From positions 1 to 31,723 of the forward strand of contig JALOPT010000012.1 in NCBI GenBank assembly GCA_025453715.1: a stretch of DNA of 31,723 bases, in the 5' to 3' direction. Under the pieces are notes generated by a model. The model had not been told where the DNA came from, did not search any database, and worked only from the letters and a program-made list of their open reading frames with translations. Both the position numbers and the translations under genes were made by a program. The first letter of the stretch is position 1, and each line of letters starts with the position of its first letter. Positions 7,640 through 17,592 of the stretch are shown here, in pieces. This DNA is from Methanoregulaceae archaeon (GTDB taxonomy: Archaea; Halobacteriota; Methanomicrobia; Methanomicrobiales; Methanospirillaceae).

Positions 7640-8848
7640 TCACCCGCGCCCGAGCTGCTGGTGGGCACGGGCGAGGTGCTGGGCACCCAGTGCACCGAGC
7701 AGCGATAACTCCCCGGCAAGGACACCCGATGCCACGATCTCGGCAAACTTTCGTGCATGTGAACCAGGGGGGTCCCCGCCGCCGGAAACGCCAAGGAGCG
7801 AGAGGCATTCTGCCTGGGTGGCGATGCCGGTACCCCCACCAACCGTCCCTACGTTGAGCGAGGGCAGGGTCACGGCAACATAGATCCCACCCTCTGCGGG
7901 GTCAACGGTGGTAATACAACTGCTACCCTCAACGACATGGGCAGGGTCCTGGCCGCAGGCGATGAACATGGCCGCAATCACGTTTGCCGCGTGGGCGTTG
8001 AACCCGAGCGAGCCGGCGCGGGCTGAACCGACGAGGTTCTTCCGGAGGTTCACTTCGGCAAGTGTTGCAGCATCTGTCTTTAACACCTCGGTAATTAGCC
8101 CGTCCGGGAGAAACACTCCCGCAACCACGCTTTTACCCCGGCCACGGACCAGGTTAATTGCGGCCGGCTTTTTATCAGTGCACATATTCCCCGAGAGTGC
8201 AATCAGCCTGGCGCCCGTTGAATCACCAATGAGGTCTGCCACTTTTGCGCTTGCAATCGTCACCATGTTCATACCCATCGCGTCCTTGGTATCAAACTCC
8301 AGCCGGACATATACGCTGGTGCCTGTCACCGAGGTCGTGACATCAAGGAACTTCCCATGCGAGGTCGTGCTCTCTGCTACGTTACGGATCTCCTCGCGGT
8401 GGGAGGAGACCCAGTCTGCTATCTCCTTTGCATGGGCAATACCCCGTGCCGCGAATACTGGTGCGCGGGTCATTCCATCCCTTAGGATCCTGACTTCTGC
8501 ACCACCCGCCCTGCTGATTGCCCCGCAACCCCGGTTAACAGATGCGACGAGCGCCCCCTCAGTCGTCGCGAGAGGGAGAAAAAAATCCCCGTCCGCATAT
8601 TCCCCGTGAACGGGTAGCGGGCCGGCAACACCCACCGGCACCTGCACCGCCCCAACCATATTTTCGCAGTTTTTCCTGACAACAGCATCGATCCCGATGG
8701 TATAAGACCCGAGGTTCCGGAGTTCAGCACCCGTTACCTGCTCGATATACGTTCTCCTGACACGTACTGCTTCGGGCGGAGGAAGTTCCTTTTCAAGAGC
8801 ATATAATTTAAGAGACCCGGACTTAAGTCTCTCAAGGTAGTCCTGCAT
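7640..8848 (-). CDS. hmgA: HMG-CoA reductase, class I (NADPH)
   Basis: CENMVG, ATTEGALVAS, DAMGMNM, GTVGGGT and C-terminal HLARAH motifs. Start MQDYLERL at 8848; the longer ORF would overlap trm5. Confidence 0.98.
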   Translation of the reverse strand: MQDYLERLKSGSLKLYALEKELPPPEAVRVRRTYIEQVTGAELRNLGSYTIGIDAVVRKNCENMVGAVQVPVGVAGPLPVHGEYADGDFFLPLATTEGALVASVNRGCGAISRAGGAEVRILRDGMTRAPVFAARGIAHAKEIADWVSSHREEIRNVAESTTSHGKFLDVTTSVTGTSVYVRLEFDTKDAMGMNMVTIASAKVADLIGDSTGARLIALSGNMCTDKKPAAINLVRGRGKSVVAGVFLPDGLITEVLKTDAATLAEVNLRKNLVGSARAGSLGFNAHAANVIAAMFIACGQDPAHVVEGSSCITTVDPAEGGIYVAVTLPSLNVGTVGGGTGIATQAECLSLLGVSGGGDPPGSHARKFAEIVASGVLAGELSLLGALGAQHLARAHQQLGRG

Positions 8849-8890
8849 GAGATAATGTTTTGTCCGCGGGGTAAATGATTTAATGGTGGA

Positions 8891-9817
8891 GTGTACCTGG
8901 TGAACGTCGAACAGTGGGCAGTACGGGTGCCGAAAAAAAACGGGGAACAACGCAGGCAGCAGCTTATAGCAAACGGGCTTCTGGACACCGCTCTGAAACC
9001 ATTCACCGAAGGTGAAGATATTCTGTTCCCGGTGACTGGTGGCATCGATGGAGGGTTGCGGGCTTCGTTTGAGGCCCATGAAAAACGACTGGCAACGACT
9101 GTACGCCATGAGCTGATCGGTGGTATCGCGGTACTCCAGGAACGAGACTATGCGGCTGCCGGGTCCCTTATGGGTTCACGGCCCGGTATCCACACGGTAC
9201 TCGCCACAACCAGTGATGTCCAGGGGGAGTACCGCACACGGGAATTTGAAGTACTGGCCGGAGTTCCGACAACACGGACACAGATCATTGAGTACGGGCA
9301 CCGTTTTACCGTTGACCTTTCGGAGGCCTACTTTTCCCCGCGACTAGCCACAGAGCGCCAGCGGGTTCTCCACCAGATGGCGGAAGGTGAGACGGTGCTT
9401 GATATGTTTGCCGGGGTCGGCCCGTTTGCCATTACGATGAGTAAATCAGCCTGCCTCGTGATATCTTCTGATATTAATCCCGCGGCAGTAATCATGATGA
9501 AAGAAAACTGCCTCGATAACCGCTGTACCAATGTCATGCCCGTACTGGCAGACTCGGGACGGCTTTCAAAGATCCTACCCTGGAAATTCGACCGCGTGGT
9601 GATGAACCTCCCTCTCCTTGCTCATCAGTTCCTTGAGGAAGCATTCCTGTTATGCAGGCCGGGTGGGACCATTCATTGTTACGCGCTCGTATCATCCGAT
9701 GGGGAGTACCTTGAAAAAATCCGCTCGTTTCAGCCATCGGGAGTCCGGGAACACGTGGTGAGATCGTATTCGCCGGGAAAATGGCATACCGTGTACGATA
9801 TCACAGCGGGAAAATAA
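8891..9817 (+). CDS. trm5: Trm5-family tRNA (G37-N1) SAM-dependent methyltransferase
   Basis: YFSPRLATER, LDMFAGVGPFA, DINP and RVVMNLP motifs. Start GTG 8891 or 8900. Confidence 0.88.
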   Translation: MYLVNVEQWAVRVPKKNGEQRRQQLIANGLLDTALKPFTEGEDILFPVTGGIDGGLRASFEAHEKRLATTVRHELIGGIAVLQERDYAAAGSLMGSRPGIHTVLATTSDVQGEYRTREFEVLAGVPTTRTQIIEYGHRFTVDLSEAYFSPRLATERQRVLHQMAEGETVLDMFAGVGPFAITMSKSACLVISSDINPAAVIMMKENCLDNRCTNVMPVLADSGRLSKILPWKFDRVVMNLPLLAHQFLEEAFLLCRPGGTIHCYALVSSDGEYLEKIRSFQPSGVREHVVRSYSPGKWHTVYDITAGK

Positions 9818-9833
9818 GTGAAATTGGGAGGTC

Positions 9834-10226
9834 TTACTCATCCGGCACATACTTCGTGCCGTAGTAAATGACCCCGCTTGCGCCGTCTGCTGCGATGCGG
9901 CGGAACGTTCCCTTCACGCGCATCCCGATTTTCACATCTTCGGGAGGGCAGACGATCTGGGCAGTAATCCGGGGCCCTTCATCGAGCTGGACGATTGCCA
10001 GGGCATAGGGTGTGAGGTCTTCAAACTGGTCACTTGCCGTCCTGATGATCGTGTGAGTGACCACCACCCCTGTTCCTTTGAACTTGTACTCGACGACGTC
10101 ACCGCTGCGGCGGCAGTCGGGACAGAACGAACGTGGCGGGAAGAAATGTCTCCCGCAGGTCTTACAGACCGTCCCTATCAGGTTATACCGCTGTGGGATC
10201 TTTCTCCAGAACCGTGCTACTGACAT
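9834..10226 (-). CDS. DUF35 Zn-ribbon/OB-fold scaffold protein of the thiolase-HMG-CoA synthase complex
   Basis: CKTC...FPPR..CPDC ribbon plus OB fold; 5 nt downstream of the thiolase. Confidence 0.93.
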   Translation of the reverse strand: MSVARFWRKIPQRYNLIGTVCKTCGRHFFPPRSFCPDCRRSGDVVEYKFKGTGVVVTHTIIRTASDQFEDLTPYALAIVQLDEGPRITAQIVCPPEDVKIGMRVKGTFRRIAADGASGVIYYGTKYVPDE

Positions 10227-10231
10227 GAAGG

Positions 10232-11395
10232 TTACACCCCCAGGATATGCACGGCAACCGTCGCACCGGTACCACCGACATTATGGGTCATTCCAATTTT
10301 TGCACCATCGATCTGGCGGCCTTTTGCTTCGCCACGGAGCTGGGTCACAATTTCGTAGACCTGCTTGATACCTGTAGCCCCAACCGGGTGCCCGCAGGCC
10401 TTGAGACCCCCGCTGGTATTGACCGGCAGGTCCCCGTTCAATGCCGTTACACCATCGGCGGTCAGCTTTCCTGCCTCTCCCTTTTTACAGAAACCGAGGT
10501 CCTCGATTGCACAGATCTCGGCAATAGTAAAGCAGTCGTGAACCTCCACGAGGTCTATCTCTTTCGGGGTAATCCTGGCGGTTTTAAACGCACGTTGTCC
10601 TGCTGCCACCGTTGCATCCAGCGTCGAAATATCTCTCCTGTCATGAAGGGTGATGGTGTCGCTTGCCTGTTCACTCGCGAGTACCCGTATTGGCGTGTCG
10701 GTGAACTCACGGGCACGGTCAAGGGGTGCCACGATTACTGCAGCTGCCCCGTCAGTGATTGGAGAGCAGTCAAAGAGTCGCAACGGGTCGGCGACAAGTG
10801 ATGACCTGAGCACGGTGTCGATCGTAATCTCCTGCTGGAACTGGGCAATTGGATTCCTGGCGCCATTATAGTGGTTTTTCACCGCGACCTGCGCCAGCTG
10901 CTCCCGTGTCAGCGGATAGCGGCTCATGTAGTCAGTCGCGATCATCGCGTACAGGCCGGGAAATGTCGCTCCGACAAACCCTTCCCATTCACGGTCTGCT
11001 GCACCGGCAAGGGCATCCACGCTCGCACCGGTACCGACATCGGTCATCTTCTCGACCCCCGCCGCAACAACGATATCTTCCATCCCGCTGGCGACCGCGA
11101 TCACGGCCTGGCGGAACGAAAGCCCGCCTGATGCACAGGCTGCTTCCACCCGTGTCGACGGGATATGCCTTGTTGAAAGGCCGGAGTAATCTGCGATCAG
11201 TGCGCCGATATGTTCCTGTTCGATAAACCGGCCGGCACTCATATTTCCGACGTACATGGCATCGATATCCTCGCCAGACAGGTTTGCATCATCAAGTGCG
11301 AGGGAGCCGGCCTCGACAAAGAGGTCGCGGAATGAACATCCCCATTTCTCTCCAAAGGGAGTACAACTGATCCCGATAACTGCTACTTCTCTCAT
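10232..11395 (-). CDS. Acetoacetyl-CoA thiolase (archaeal type)
   Basis: EAACASGG (catalytic Cys), VEVHDCF and GHPVGATG motifs; start MREVAVIG overlaps the HMG-CoA synthase stop (ATGA). Confidence 0.96.
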   Translation of the reverse strand: MREVAVIGISCTPFGEKWGCSFRDLFVEAGSLALDDANLSGEDIDAMYVGNMSAGRFIEQEHIGALIADYSGLSTRHIPSTRVEAACASGGLSFRQAVIAVASGMEDIVVAAGVEKMTDVGTGASVDALAGAADREWEGFVGATFPGLYAMIATDYMSRYPLTREQLAQVAVKNHYNGARNPIAQFQQEITIDTVLRSSLVADPLRLFDCSPITDGAAAVIVAPLDRAREFTDTPIRVLASEQASDTITLHDRRDISTLDATVAAGQRAFKTARITPKEIDLVEVHDCFTIAEICAIEDLGFCKKGEAGKLTADGVTALNGDLPVNTSGGLKACGHPVGATGIKQVYEIVTQLRGEAKGRQIDGAKIGMTHNVGGTGATVAVHILGV

Positions 11396-12444
11396 TCCTG
11401 CATCACGATTTTCCCTTTGTGTTTCGCATACTGGGCGTACTGGACATAGACCGGGTTTTTCAGAAGGTGTTCCACCGTCGGGGCGGAAGTCCGGCAAAAG
11501 TCCTTCGATTCGATGATATCGGTGACCGAGATATCAAAAGCATCGCTTCCTGCACCGGAACCGAAAGAGCAGACGAATATCCTGTCCCCTGCCTTTGCGA
11601 TATCAAGGGTGGCTGCCAGCCCGATCATGCTGGAGCCACTGTAGGTGTTCCCAAGTCTTGGGACTACAAGCCCCGGCTTGATCTGGTCATGCGAGAACCC
11701 GAGTGTTTTTGCGACTTTCTGCGGGAACTTCGCATTCGGCTGGTGAAAGACTGCATAATCATAATCCTTTGCCGATTTACCGAGCTCTTCAAGCATGAGA
11801 CGGCTTGCACCCTCGACATGTTTGAAATAACCCGGGTCTCCGGTGAAACGGCCCCCGTGCCGGGGGTAGTCCTGCCCCTCCCGCCGCCAGAAATCCGGGG
11901 TGTCGGTAGTAAACGAGCACGTGTGATTGATCCGGGCAATGGGGTCCTGCCGTCCGATAAGGAATGCGGCACCCCCTGCTGCCGCGGTGTACTCGAGCGC
12001 ATCGCTTGGAGCGCCCTGCGCAACATCGGAGCCGATCGCAAAGCCGTATTCTATCATGTTACTCTTTGCCAGGCCCATGCAGGTCTGGATACCGGCCGTT
12101 CCGGCTTTACACGCAAACTCGTAATCGGCCGCCATCATCCTCGGCGTTGCCCCGATTGCCTCCCCCACCGTGCATGCAGTCGGTTTGACTGCATAAGGAT
12201 GTGATTCGCTCCCTACATAGACTGCCCCGATTTTCTCCGGGTCAATATTCCGCCGTAACAGCGAATTCCTTGCAGCTTCCACCGCGATTGTTGCCGTATC
12301 CTCATCGAGGTCGGGCACCGATTTCTCAAAAACTCCGAGGCCGCCAGTAATGTCACTGGCATTTGCGCCCCATACTTTCGCGATTTCTTCAACCTTAATG
12401 CGGTATCGCGGTATGTATACACCGTAGGTGATAATTCCTACCAT
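11392..12444 (-). CDS. mvaS: Hydroxymethylglutaryl-CoA synthase
   Basis: [19 protein letters not shown] (catalytic Cys), FHQPN and GNTYSGS motifs. Confidence 0.97.
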   Translation of the reverse strand: MVGIITYGVYIPRYRIKVEEIAKVWGANASDITGGLGVFEKSVPDLDEDTATIAVEAARNSLLRRNIDPEKIGAVYVGSESHPYAVKPTACTVGEAIGATPRMMAADYEFACKAGTAGIQTCMGLAKSNMIEYGFAIGSDVAQGAPSDALEYTAAAGGAAFLIGRQDPIARINHTCSFTTDTPDFWRREGQDYPRHGGRFTGDPGYFKHVEGASRLMLEELGKSAKDYDYAVFHQPNAKFPQKVAKTLGFSHDQIKPGLVVPRLGNTYSGSSMIGLAATLDIAKAGDRIFVCSFGSGAGSDAFDISVTDIIESKDFCRTSAPTVEHLLKNPVYVQYAQYAKHKGKIVMQE

Positions 12445-13148
12445 TTTTCTTCCCTCAATGCGCTTACGATTTTATCAATGCTCATTTCTGTACAGAGTAC
12501 CGTGATCCGGTCCTTTTCTGCCATCTTCGACACCAGCGGGTGGACTTCCGATGCTTCGATCCCCTGCAGCACCACGCATCTCGGTTTGAACGGCGTCACC
12601 CTTATCGCGACCATCGGGGATTTCCCGGTGGAAACGTTGGTGAATATCAGCGCACGTTCAGTACTCCAGCCATAGATACGGTTGAACTCGTTGGAGGAGA
12701 GGTTCAGGATCGCGTTTAAGCTGTTAACGACCGTGTATCCGAAGATCGTCTGGTCCATTGACCCGCAAATTGGTGTGCAGGCGATTGCGCTGGAAAGCAA
12801 CCCGAGCGGGACGGGGTTGGCATAGTCGTGCATGTCATAGATGACATCCTCGTCAAAGTCGCTGTACAGCATCTTTGCAAATTTCTGAATGTTTTTTCCG
12901 CCATTCGCCTCATCAATCGAGAGAATTGTGTCGACAATTTTTCCGACAACGGCAGTTCCGGGGCTCTTTCTCCGGCCACTCTCGTAGTCGCTGATGACCG
13001 AAGGCGAAACCTCCAGGTGGTCGGAGAGGACACCCTGGGGAATGTCAAAACTCATTCTCCACTTCTTCAGGGCCTTCCCCGGAGAGTCCGAGAGCGTGAT
13101 CTCACCGGCCATTTTTTCGGCCAGCTGATTCCGCAGTCCGGATTTCAT
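12438..13148 (-). CDS. XRE-type HTH transcriptional regulator (COG1709-like)
   Basis: LKKWR...[28 protein letters not shown] helix-turn-helix; stop overlaps the HMG-CoA synthase start by 7 nt. ATG at 13148. Confidence 0.9.
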   Translation of the reverse strand: MKSGLRNQLAEKMAGEITLSDSPGKALKKWRMSFDIPQGVLSDHLEVSPSVISDYESGRRKSPGTAVVGKIVDTILSIDEANGGKNIQKFAKMLYSDFDEDVIYDMHDYANPVPLGLLSSAIACTPICGSMDQTIFGYTVVNSLNAILNLSSNEFNRIYGWSTERALIFTNVSTGKSPMVAIRVTPFKPRCVVLQGIEASEVHPLVSKMAEKDRITVLCTEMSIDKIVSALREEKW

Positions 13149-13358
13149 GGTCAAGTACGTAAAACTCAAAAGATATTATAATTAACGAATGTGACTTCGA
13201 CATTTCACGAATTACATTTTCAAGAAAATATTGAAAAAACCGGCTGTATATATCTACATAAACACATTTTTTGAGTAAACGTAAAAAAATTCCATAACAA
13301 TATGAGGAGACTAGGGCAGGTTTGATGAAATATGGCAACTCCCAATTATCGAAAAAAA

Positions 13359-13898
13359 TTAAGTGAATTTAAAGGAAGAAATGATTGCATCCACAGTTTC
13401 TTTCTGGGTATCCCAATTACCTGTATCTGTATCTTTTTGTGATACAATTATCCAGTACCCAGTCCCGTTTCTGACCGAATAGATGATTTCACGTACTGAT
13501 AATTTCGACGAATCCCTCGGCAAATATTCATCAGTAACAGCACTTAAACCTCCAAGAGTAGTATTATCAGTTTTAATAAGCGTCCCTGTAGTTACTCCAC
13601 TCAAGATCATCATCATCTTCATAAGTGATTCAAATCCGGCTGCAGTTTTTTCAGGAGTACGGTATGAATTCACTGATATTGAAACATTATTTGCCAAAGA
13701 AGGAGAAAAGATAACTCCAGGTTGAACAAATCCATTTTTTTCTACAGCAACTTCTTTAAACTCCCAATTTTCGGGATAATTTATTGAAAAACCCATTGAT
13801 GAATTGGTATAATGTCGAGGCAGGTTGTTTTGTTGTGTGCAGCCAATAACGAGGAGAAAGCCTAACAATAAAACGATTAAAATAATAACTTTTTTCAT
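13359..13898 (-). CDS. PsbP-like domain lipoprotein
   Basis: MKK + hydrophobic core + lipobox VIGC; YTNSSMGFSINYPENWE is the typical PsbP/DcrB-like opening and IISSFKF the typical end; strongly AT-rich. Confidence 0.8.
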   Translation of the reverse strand: MKKVIILIVLLLGFLLVIGCTQQNNLPRHYTNSSMGFSINYPENWEFKEVAVEKNGFVQPGVIFSPSLANNVSISVNSYRTPEKTAAGFESLMKMMMILSGVTTGTLIKTDNTTLGGLSAVTDEYLPRDSSKLSVREIIYSVRNGTGYWIIVSQKDTDTGNWDTQKETVDAIISSFKFT

Positions 13899-14378
13899 AC
13901 TTTTCTATTAAAAATTTATCTTATATCAATAATTAACAATTGAATTGAAACAAATCTAAACTTAACCCGAATTTAACCGTCTGCATGTATAATGCAGGTT
14001 TTACAGAAGGGAATGATCAATTGCCAACGCATTACAATGCAGAGGATGGTCGGTTGTGCAGGCATTTATAAACGTGTTTAAGGTGGTAATATGGAGTTTA
14101 TTGCTCTATTGAAATCCGATTTAAAGCTCTTTGCACAATGTTTTTTTACCCCTTCTCCCCTTTGAGGACTCCTTTTGGAGTAAAAATAACAACAAGATAG
14201 ATTACCGGTATTTCAAGGGTTGCGGAAGCCCTGCCTCAAAAGTATAAGAGTAAGATACATTGTATTCAAATTCAGAAAAATCCGAAAAAACCTCTGATCT
14301 CCATAGTACGGATTGTATCCTATGACATTTTCACTATATGCTAACTCATAAATAATATGCATCTCAATTTTGATAAGC

Positions 14379-15041
14379 ATGATACCACCTGAAGACCTCC
14401 AGTGTCTCAAGGCAATAGCACTGCGGGGTGGTTGTAAAGGACCGGTCTTTGTTTCATCCCAGACGATGGGTGAGATGCTTGGGATAAGCCAGCAAACGGC
14501 ATCCAGGCGGTTGAAAGGGCTGGAGACTCGTGGGTTCCTGACAAGGACGATCGTACCGGATGGCCAGCATGTAGCCCTTACCGGGACCGGGGAAGCAGAA
14601 CTGCGGAAGGAATACCAGGAATATAACCGGATATTTTCCGAGCATAACAAGGGCTATGTCCTGAACGGTGCCGTGGTCAGTGGTATCGGGGAGGGCAAAT
14701 ATTACATGAGCCTCGTCCCCTACAAGGAGCAGTTCAAGACCCACCTTGGGTTCGAGCCGTATCCCGGCACCCTGAATATCCGCCTGTCCTCTTCGAGCAT
14801 ACCCGTGCGGAAGAAGATCGAGGCGCTTGAATGGATCCGTATCAAGGGCTTTTCAACTGACGGGAGGACCTTTGGTGATGCAAAGTGTCTCCCATGTCGT
14901 ATCGGGACTATTAGCTGCGGTATTGTAATGCCGGGAAGGACTCACTACCCCGAGGATATCATTGAAGTCATCGCACCAGTTGCACTCCGCAGGAAACTTG
15001 GCGTCGAAGATACGGACACTGTTACCGTAGAGGTGGATTAG
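14379..15041 (+). CDS. ribK: CTP-dependent riboflavin kinase with N-terminal winged HTH (RbkR-type)
   Basis: SQQTASRRL HTH; VVSGIGEGKYY, PYPGTLN and IEVIAP kinase motifs; upstream of ribB. Confidence 0.95.
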   Translation: MIPPEDLQCLKAIALRGGCKGPVFVSSQTMGEMLGISQQTASRRLKGLETRGFLTRTIVPDGQHVALTGTGEAELRKEYQEYNRIFSEHNKGYVLNGAVVSGIGEGKYYMSLVPYKEQFKTHLGFEPYPGTLNIRLSSSSIPVRKKIEALEWIRIKGFSTDGRTFGDAKCLPCRIGTISCGIVMPGRTHYPEDIIEVIAPVALRRKLGVEDTDTVTVEVD

Positions 15042-15649
15042 TGATTGATGAGGCGCTGGCCGCATTGCGTGACGGGAAGTTCATCCTTCTCTACGATTTT
15101 GATGACAGGGAAGGAGAAAGCCTGATTTGTACGGCTGTGCATCCGGTTGCAGCCATCCGTCTCGGACTGCCGTTCGCAAGTGACGCGCTCAGGGCGATTG
15201 CCGTTGCAGAACGTGAAGGGGATATCCCGTATGACCGGAAAAACCACTCCTCTTTCTCGCTCTGGGTTAACCACCGCGACACGTTCACGGGTATTACCGA
15301 CCGTGACCGTGCGCTTACGGTCAATGCGATTGCCGAGCAGGTGAAACAGGCGTTGAACGGAGGAGGCCTGAGTTTCCACGAGGTCTTCCGCACCCCCGGT
15401 CACATGGCGCTCCTGCGGGCAGCAGAAGGGCTTCTCGACCGGCGTAAAGGACAGACCGAACTCTCGATTGCCATGGCAGAAATGGCGGGTATCACCCCGG
15501 CAATTACAATCTGCGAGATGCTGGATGATGAATCAGGCAATGCGCTTTCAAAGGCAGACGCAAAGCTCTACGCAATGAAACACGGACTAGAATTTGTCGA
15601 AGGTCCCGAAGTGATGGAGCGTTGGGAAGCAGAAAAAAGATCCCAATAA
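15041..15649 (+). CDS. ribB: 3,4-dihydroxy-2-butanone-4-phosphate synthase with an internal in-frame deletion (possibly inactive)
   Basis: YDFDDREGE, LICTA, TFTGITDRDRA, FRTPGH and ICEM motifs present, but REGE joins LICTA through a single Ser where homologues have about 24 residues starting TD. Confidence 0.92.
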   Translation: MIDEALAALRDGKFILLYDFDDREGESLICTAVHPVAAIRLGLPFASDALRAIAVAEREGDIPYDRKNHSSFSLWVNHRDTFTGITDRDRALTVNAIAEQVKQALNGGGLSFHEVFRTPGHMALLRAAEGLLDRRKGQTELSIAMAEMAGITPAITICEMLDDESGNALSKADAKLYAMKHGLEFVEGPEVMERWEAEKRSQ

Positions 15650-15895
15650 CCCAAAAAATCCTCTTTATTCATACTATCAAGGCTTTCAGAAGTCCTTGTT
15701 ATCACGTTCCTTAAAGAATAAATAACCGGAAATCCGGGTTTTAAGACTACTTTTCCGGCAGCCTTTTTACAAGCCCGTTTACCCCGGTGATTCCTGAAAC
15801 ATGACTGCAATATTGATTATACCGTATGATGTGTGATCCGGTCCATTCATTTAGGATTCACAAAGATCAAATGTCCCCGGCACTAACGGTATAGC

Positions 15896-17497
15896 ATGCA
15901 AGATGTCACCCGGGCGCTCCATAACCTTGGATACCCGGCGTTCCGCCCGTTCCAGGAGGAGATTGTACGGGACGTTCTTGAACGGCGGGACGTATTAGGC
16001 CTTTTCGCCACGGGTGCCGGAAAATCCCTCTGCTACCAGCTTCCTGCCGTATTACTTGACGGTGTGACGGTTGTTGTTTCACCACTTATCTCACTGATGA
16101 AGGAGCAGGTAGGCACATTGCAGCAGAAGGGGATCGCTGCCGCCTCGCTCAACAGCACCCAGACGTACCGGGAGACAAAAGAGATATCAGATGCGATTAT
16201 TTCAGGAAATATCAGGATCCTGTTTGTATCCCCGGAAAAAGTTGCAACAAAATCTTTTTTTTCCCTGATGCAGAAGGCACGGATCAGTTTTTTTGCTATC
16301 GACGAGGCCCACTGCATCTCCACGTGGGGCCACCAGTTCAGGCCTGAATACAGGAACCTCGCTGTCCTGAAAGAAAAATACCCCGGTACACCTATTATTG
16401 CCCTCACGGCCACTGCCGTACCCGAGGTACGAAGGGATATTATAAACCAGCTGCACCTCGTGAACCCAAAGGTCTACGTCGGCAGTTTTAACCGCCCGAA
16501 CCTGTTTTACGAAGTAAGGGTGACCCCTCACATATACCGGTACATCACCACCTATATCTCATCGCGAAGGAATGTGACGGGTATTATTTACTGCCATACC
16601 AGGAAAGAAACGGAAAAACTTGCAAAGAATCTTCGGAATGACGGATTTTCAGCCGCGGCATACCATGCAGGCCTTTCCGATGCGACCCGCACCCGTGTCC
16701 AGAATGCGTTTAACAAAGGGACAACGAAGGTGATCTGTGCTACAGTGGCGTTTGGAATGGGCATTGACCGGCCGGACCTCCGGTTTGTTATTCATTACGG
16801 GATGCCAAAATGTATCGAATCGTATTACCAGGAGAGCGGACGGGCCGGGAGGGACGGGGGACCCGCGGACTGTATCCTGTTTTACAGGAAGTCCGACCGC
16901 CCCCGTTTATCCGCACTCATTACGAAAGATACATCCTCGTATGACCTCCGGAAAAATGCACTGGACAAACTTGATCAGATGGCCAGGTATTGCGAGACAA
17001 CCGGTTGCCGGAGGGCAGCACTGCTCCGGTACTTCGAAGAGGACTACCGTGGTAAGGTGGAACACTGCTGCGATACCTGCAATCCATCAGAACACCCTGC
17101 CACTGAATCCCCGGGAGAGGAACGCCCTGTCCCGCGGCGGAGCAGGCGGCGTCCTGTCCGCCAGTCCGTTGAAGTAACGCCGGTTGCCCAGCTCATTGTG
17201 CAGTGTATCATTGACCTTGAAACCCCGTATCCTGCGTCCTATGTTGCCGGGGTACTGGCCGGGGCTGCGAATAAAAAAATCCTGGACAATGGCCATGACC
17301 GACTGAAGAGCTACCGGACAGCCAGGGGATGGACCGGGAAAAACCTCGCTGCCCTTATTCGTCACCTCGCAGATCAGGGAATACTCCGGGAAATTGACGG
17401 TACTCCGAAGAAGGTCACCCTGAACGAACGGAGCGGGGAGGTATTCCGGTCAGGGGCAAAGATACTCTATAAAATTCCCGTGCCTGAAACGGGATAA
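15896..17497 (+). CDS. recQ: RecQ family DNA helicase (helicase core, Zn site and RQC; no HRDC)
   Basis: TGAGKS, DEAHC, WGHQFRPEY, LTATA, ATVAFGMGID, QESGRAGRDG; Zn ligands C..CRR...CCDTC; winged-helix C-terminus. Confidence 0.96.
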   Translation: MQDVTRALHNLGYPAFRPFQEEIVRDVLERRDVLGLFATGAGKSLCYQLPAVLLDGVTVVVSPLISLMKEQVGTLQQKGIAAASLNSTQTYRETKEISDAIISGNIRILFVSPEKVATKSFFSLMQKARISFFAIDEAHCISTWGHQFRPEYRNLAVLKEKYPGTPIIALTATAVPEVRRDIINQLHLVNPKVYVGSFNRPNLFYEVRVTPHIYRYITTYISSRRNVTGIIYCHTRKETEKLAKNLRNDGFSAAAYHAGLSDATRTRVQNAFNKGTTKVICATVAFGMGIDRPDLRFVIHYGMPKCIESYYQESGRAGRDGGPADCILFYRKSDRPRLSALITKDTSSYDLRKNALDKLDQMARYCETTGCRRAALLRYFEEDYRGKVEHCCDTCNPSEHPATESPGEERPVPRRSRRRPVRQSVEVTPVAQLIVQCIIDLETPYPASYVAGVLAGAANKKILDNGHDRLKSYRTARGWTGKNLAALIRHLADQGILREIDGTPKKVTLNERSGEVFRSGAKILYKIPVPETG

Positions 17498-17592
17498 TAA
17501 AAAAAGGTGATTAGCCAACAAAAGCCACACAATTTTTTTCTGACTCATAACCAATTTAAAAAATGTAGTTAGAATTGGAAAATAAGACGCTC

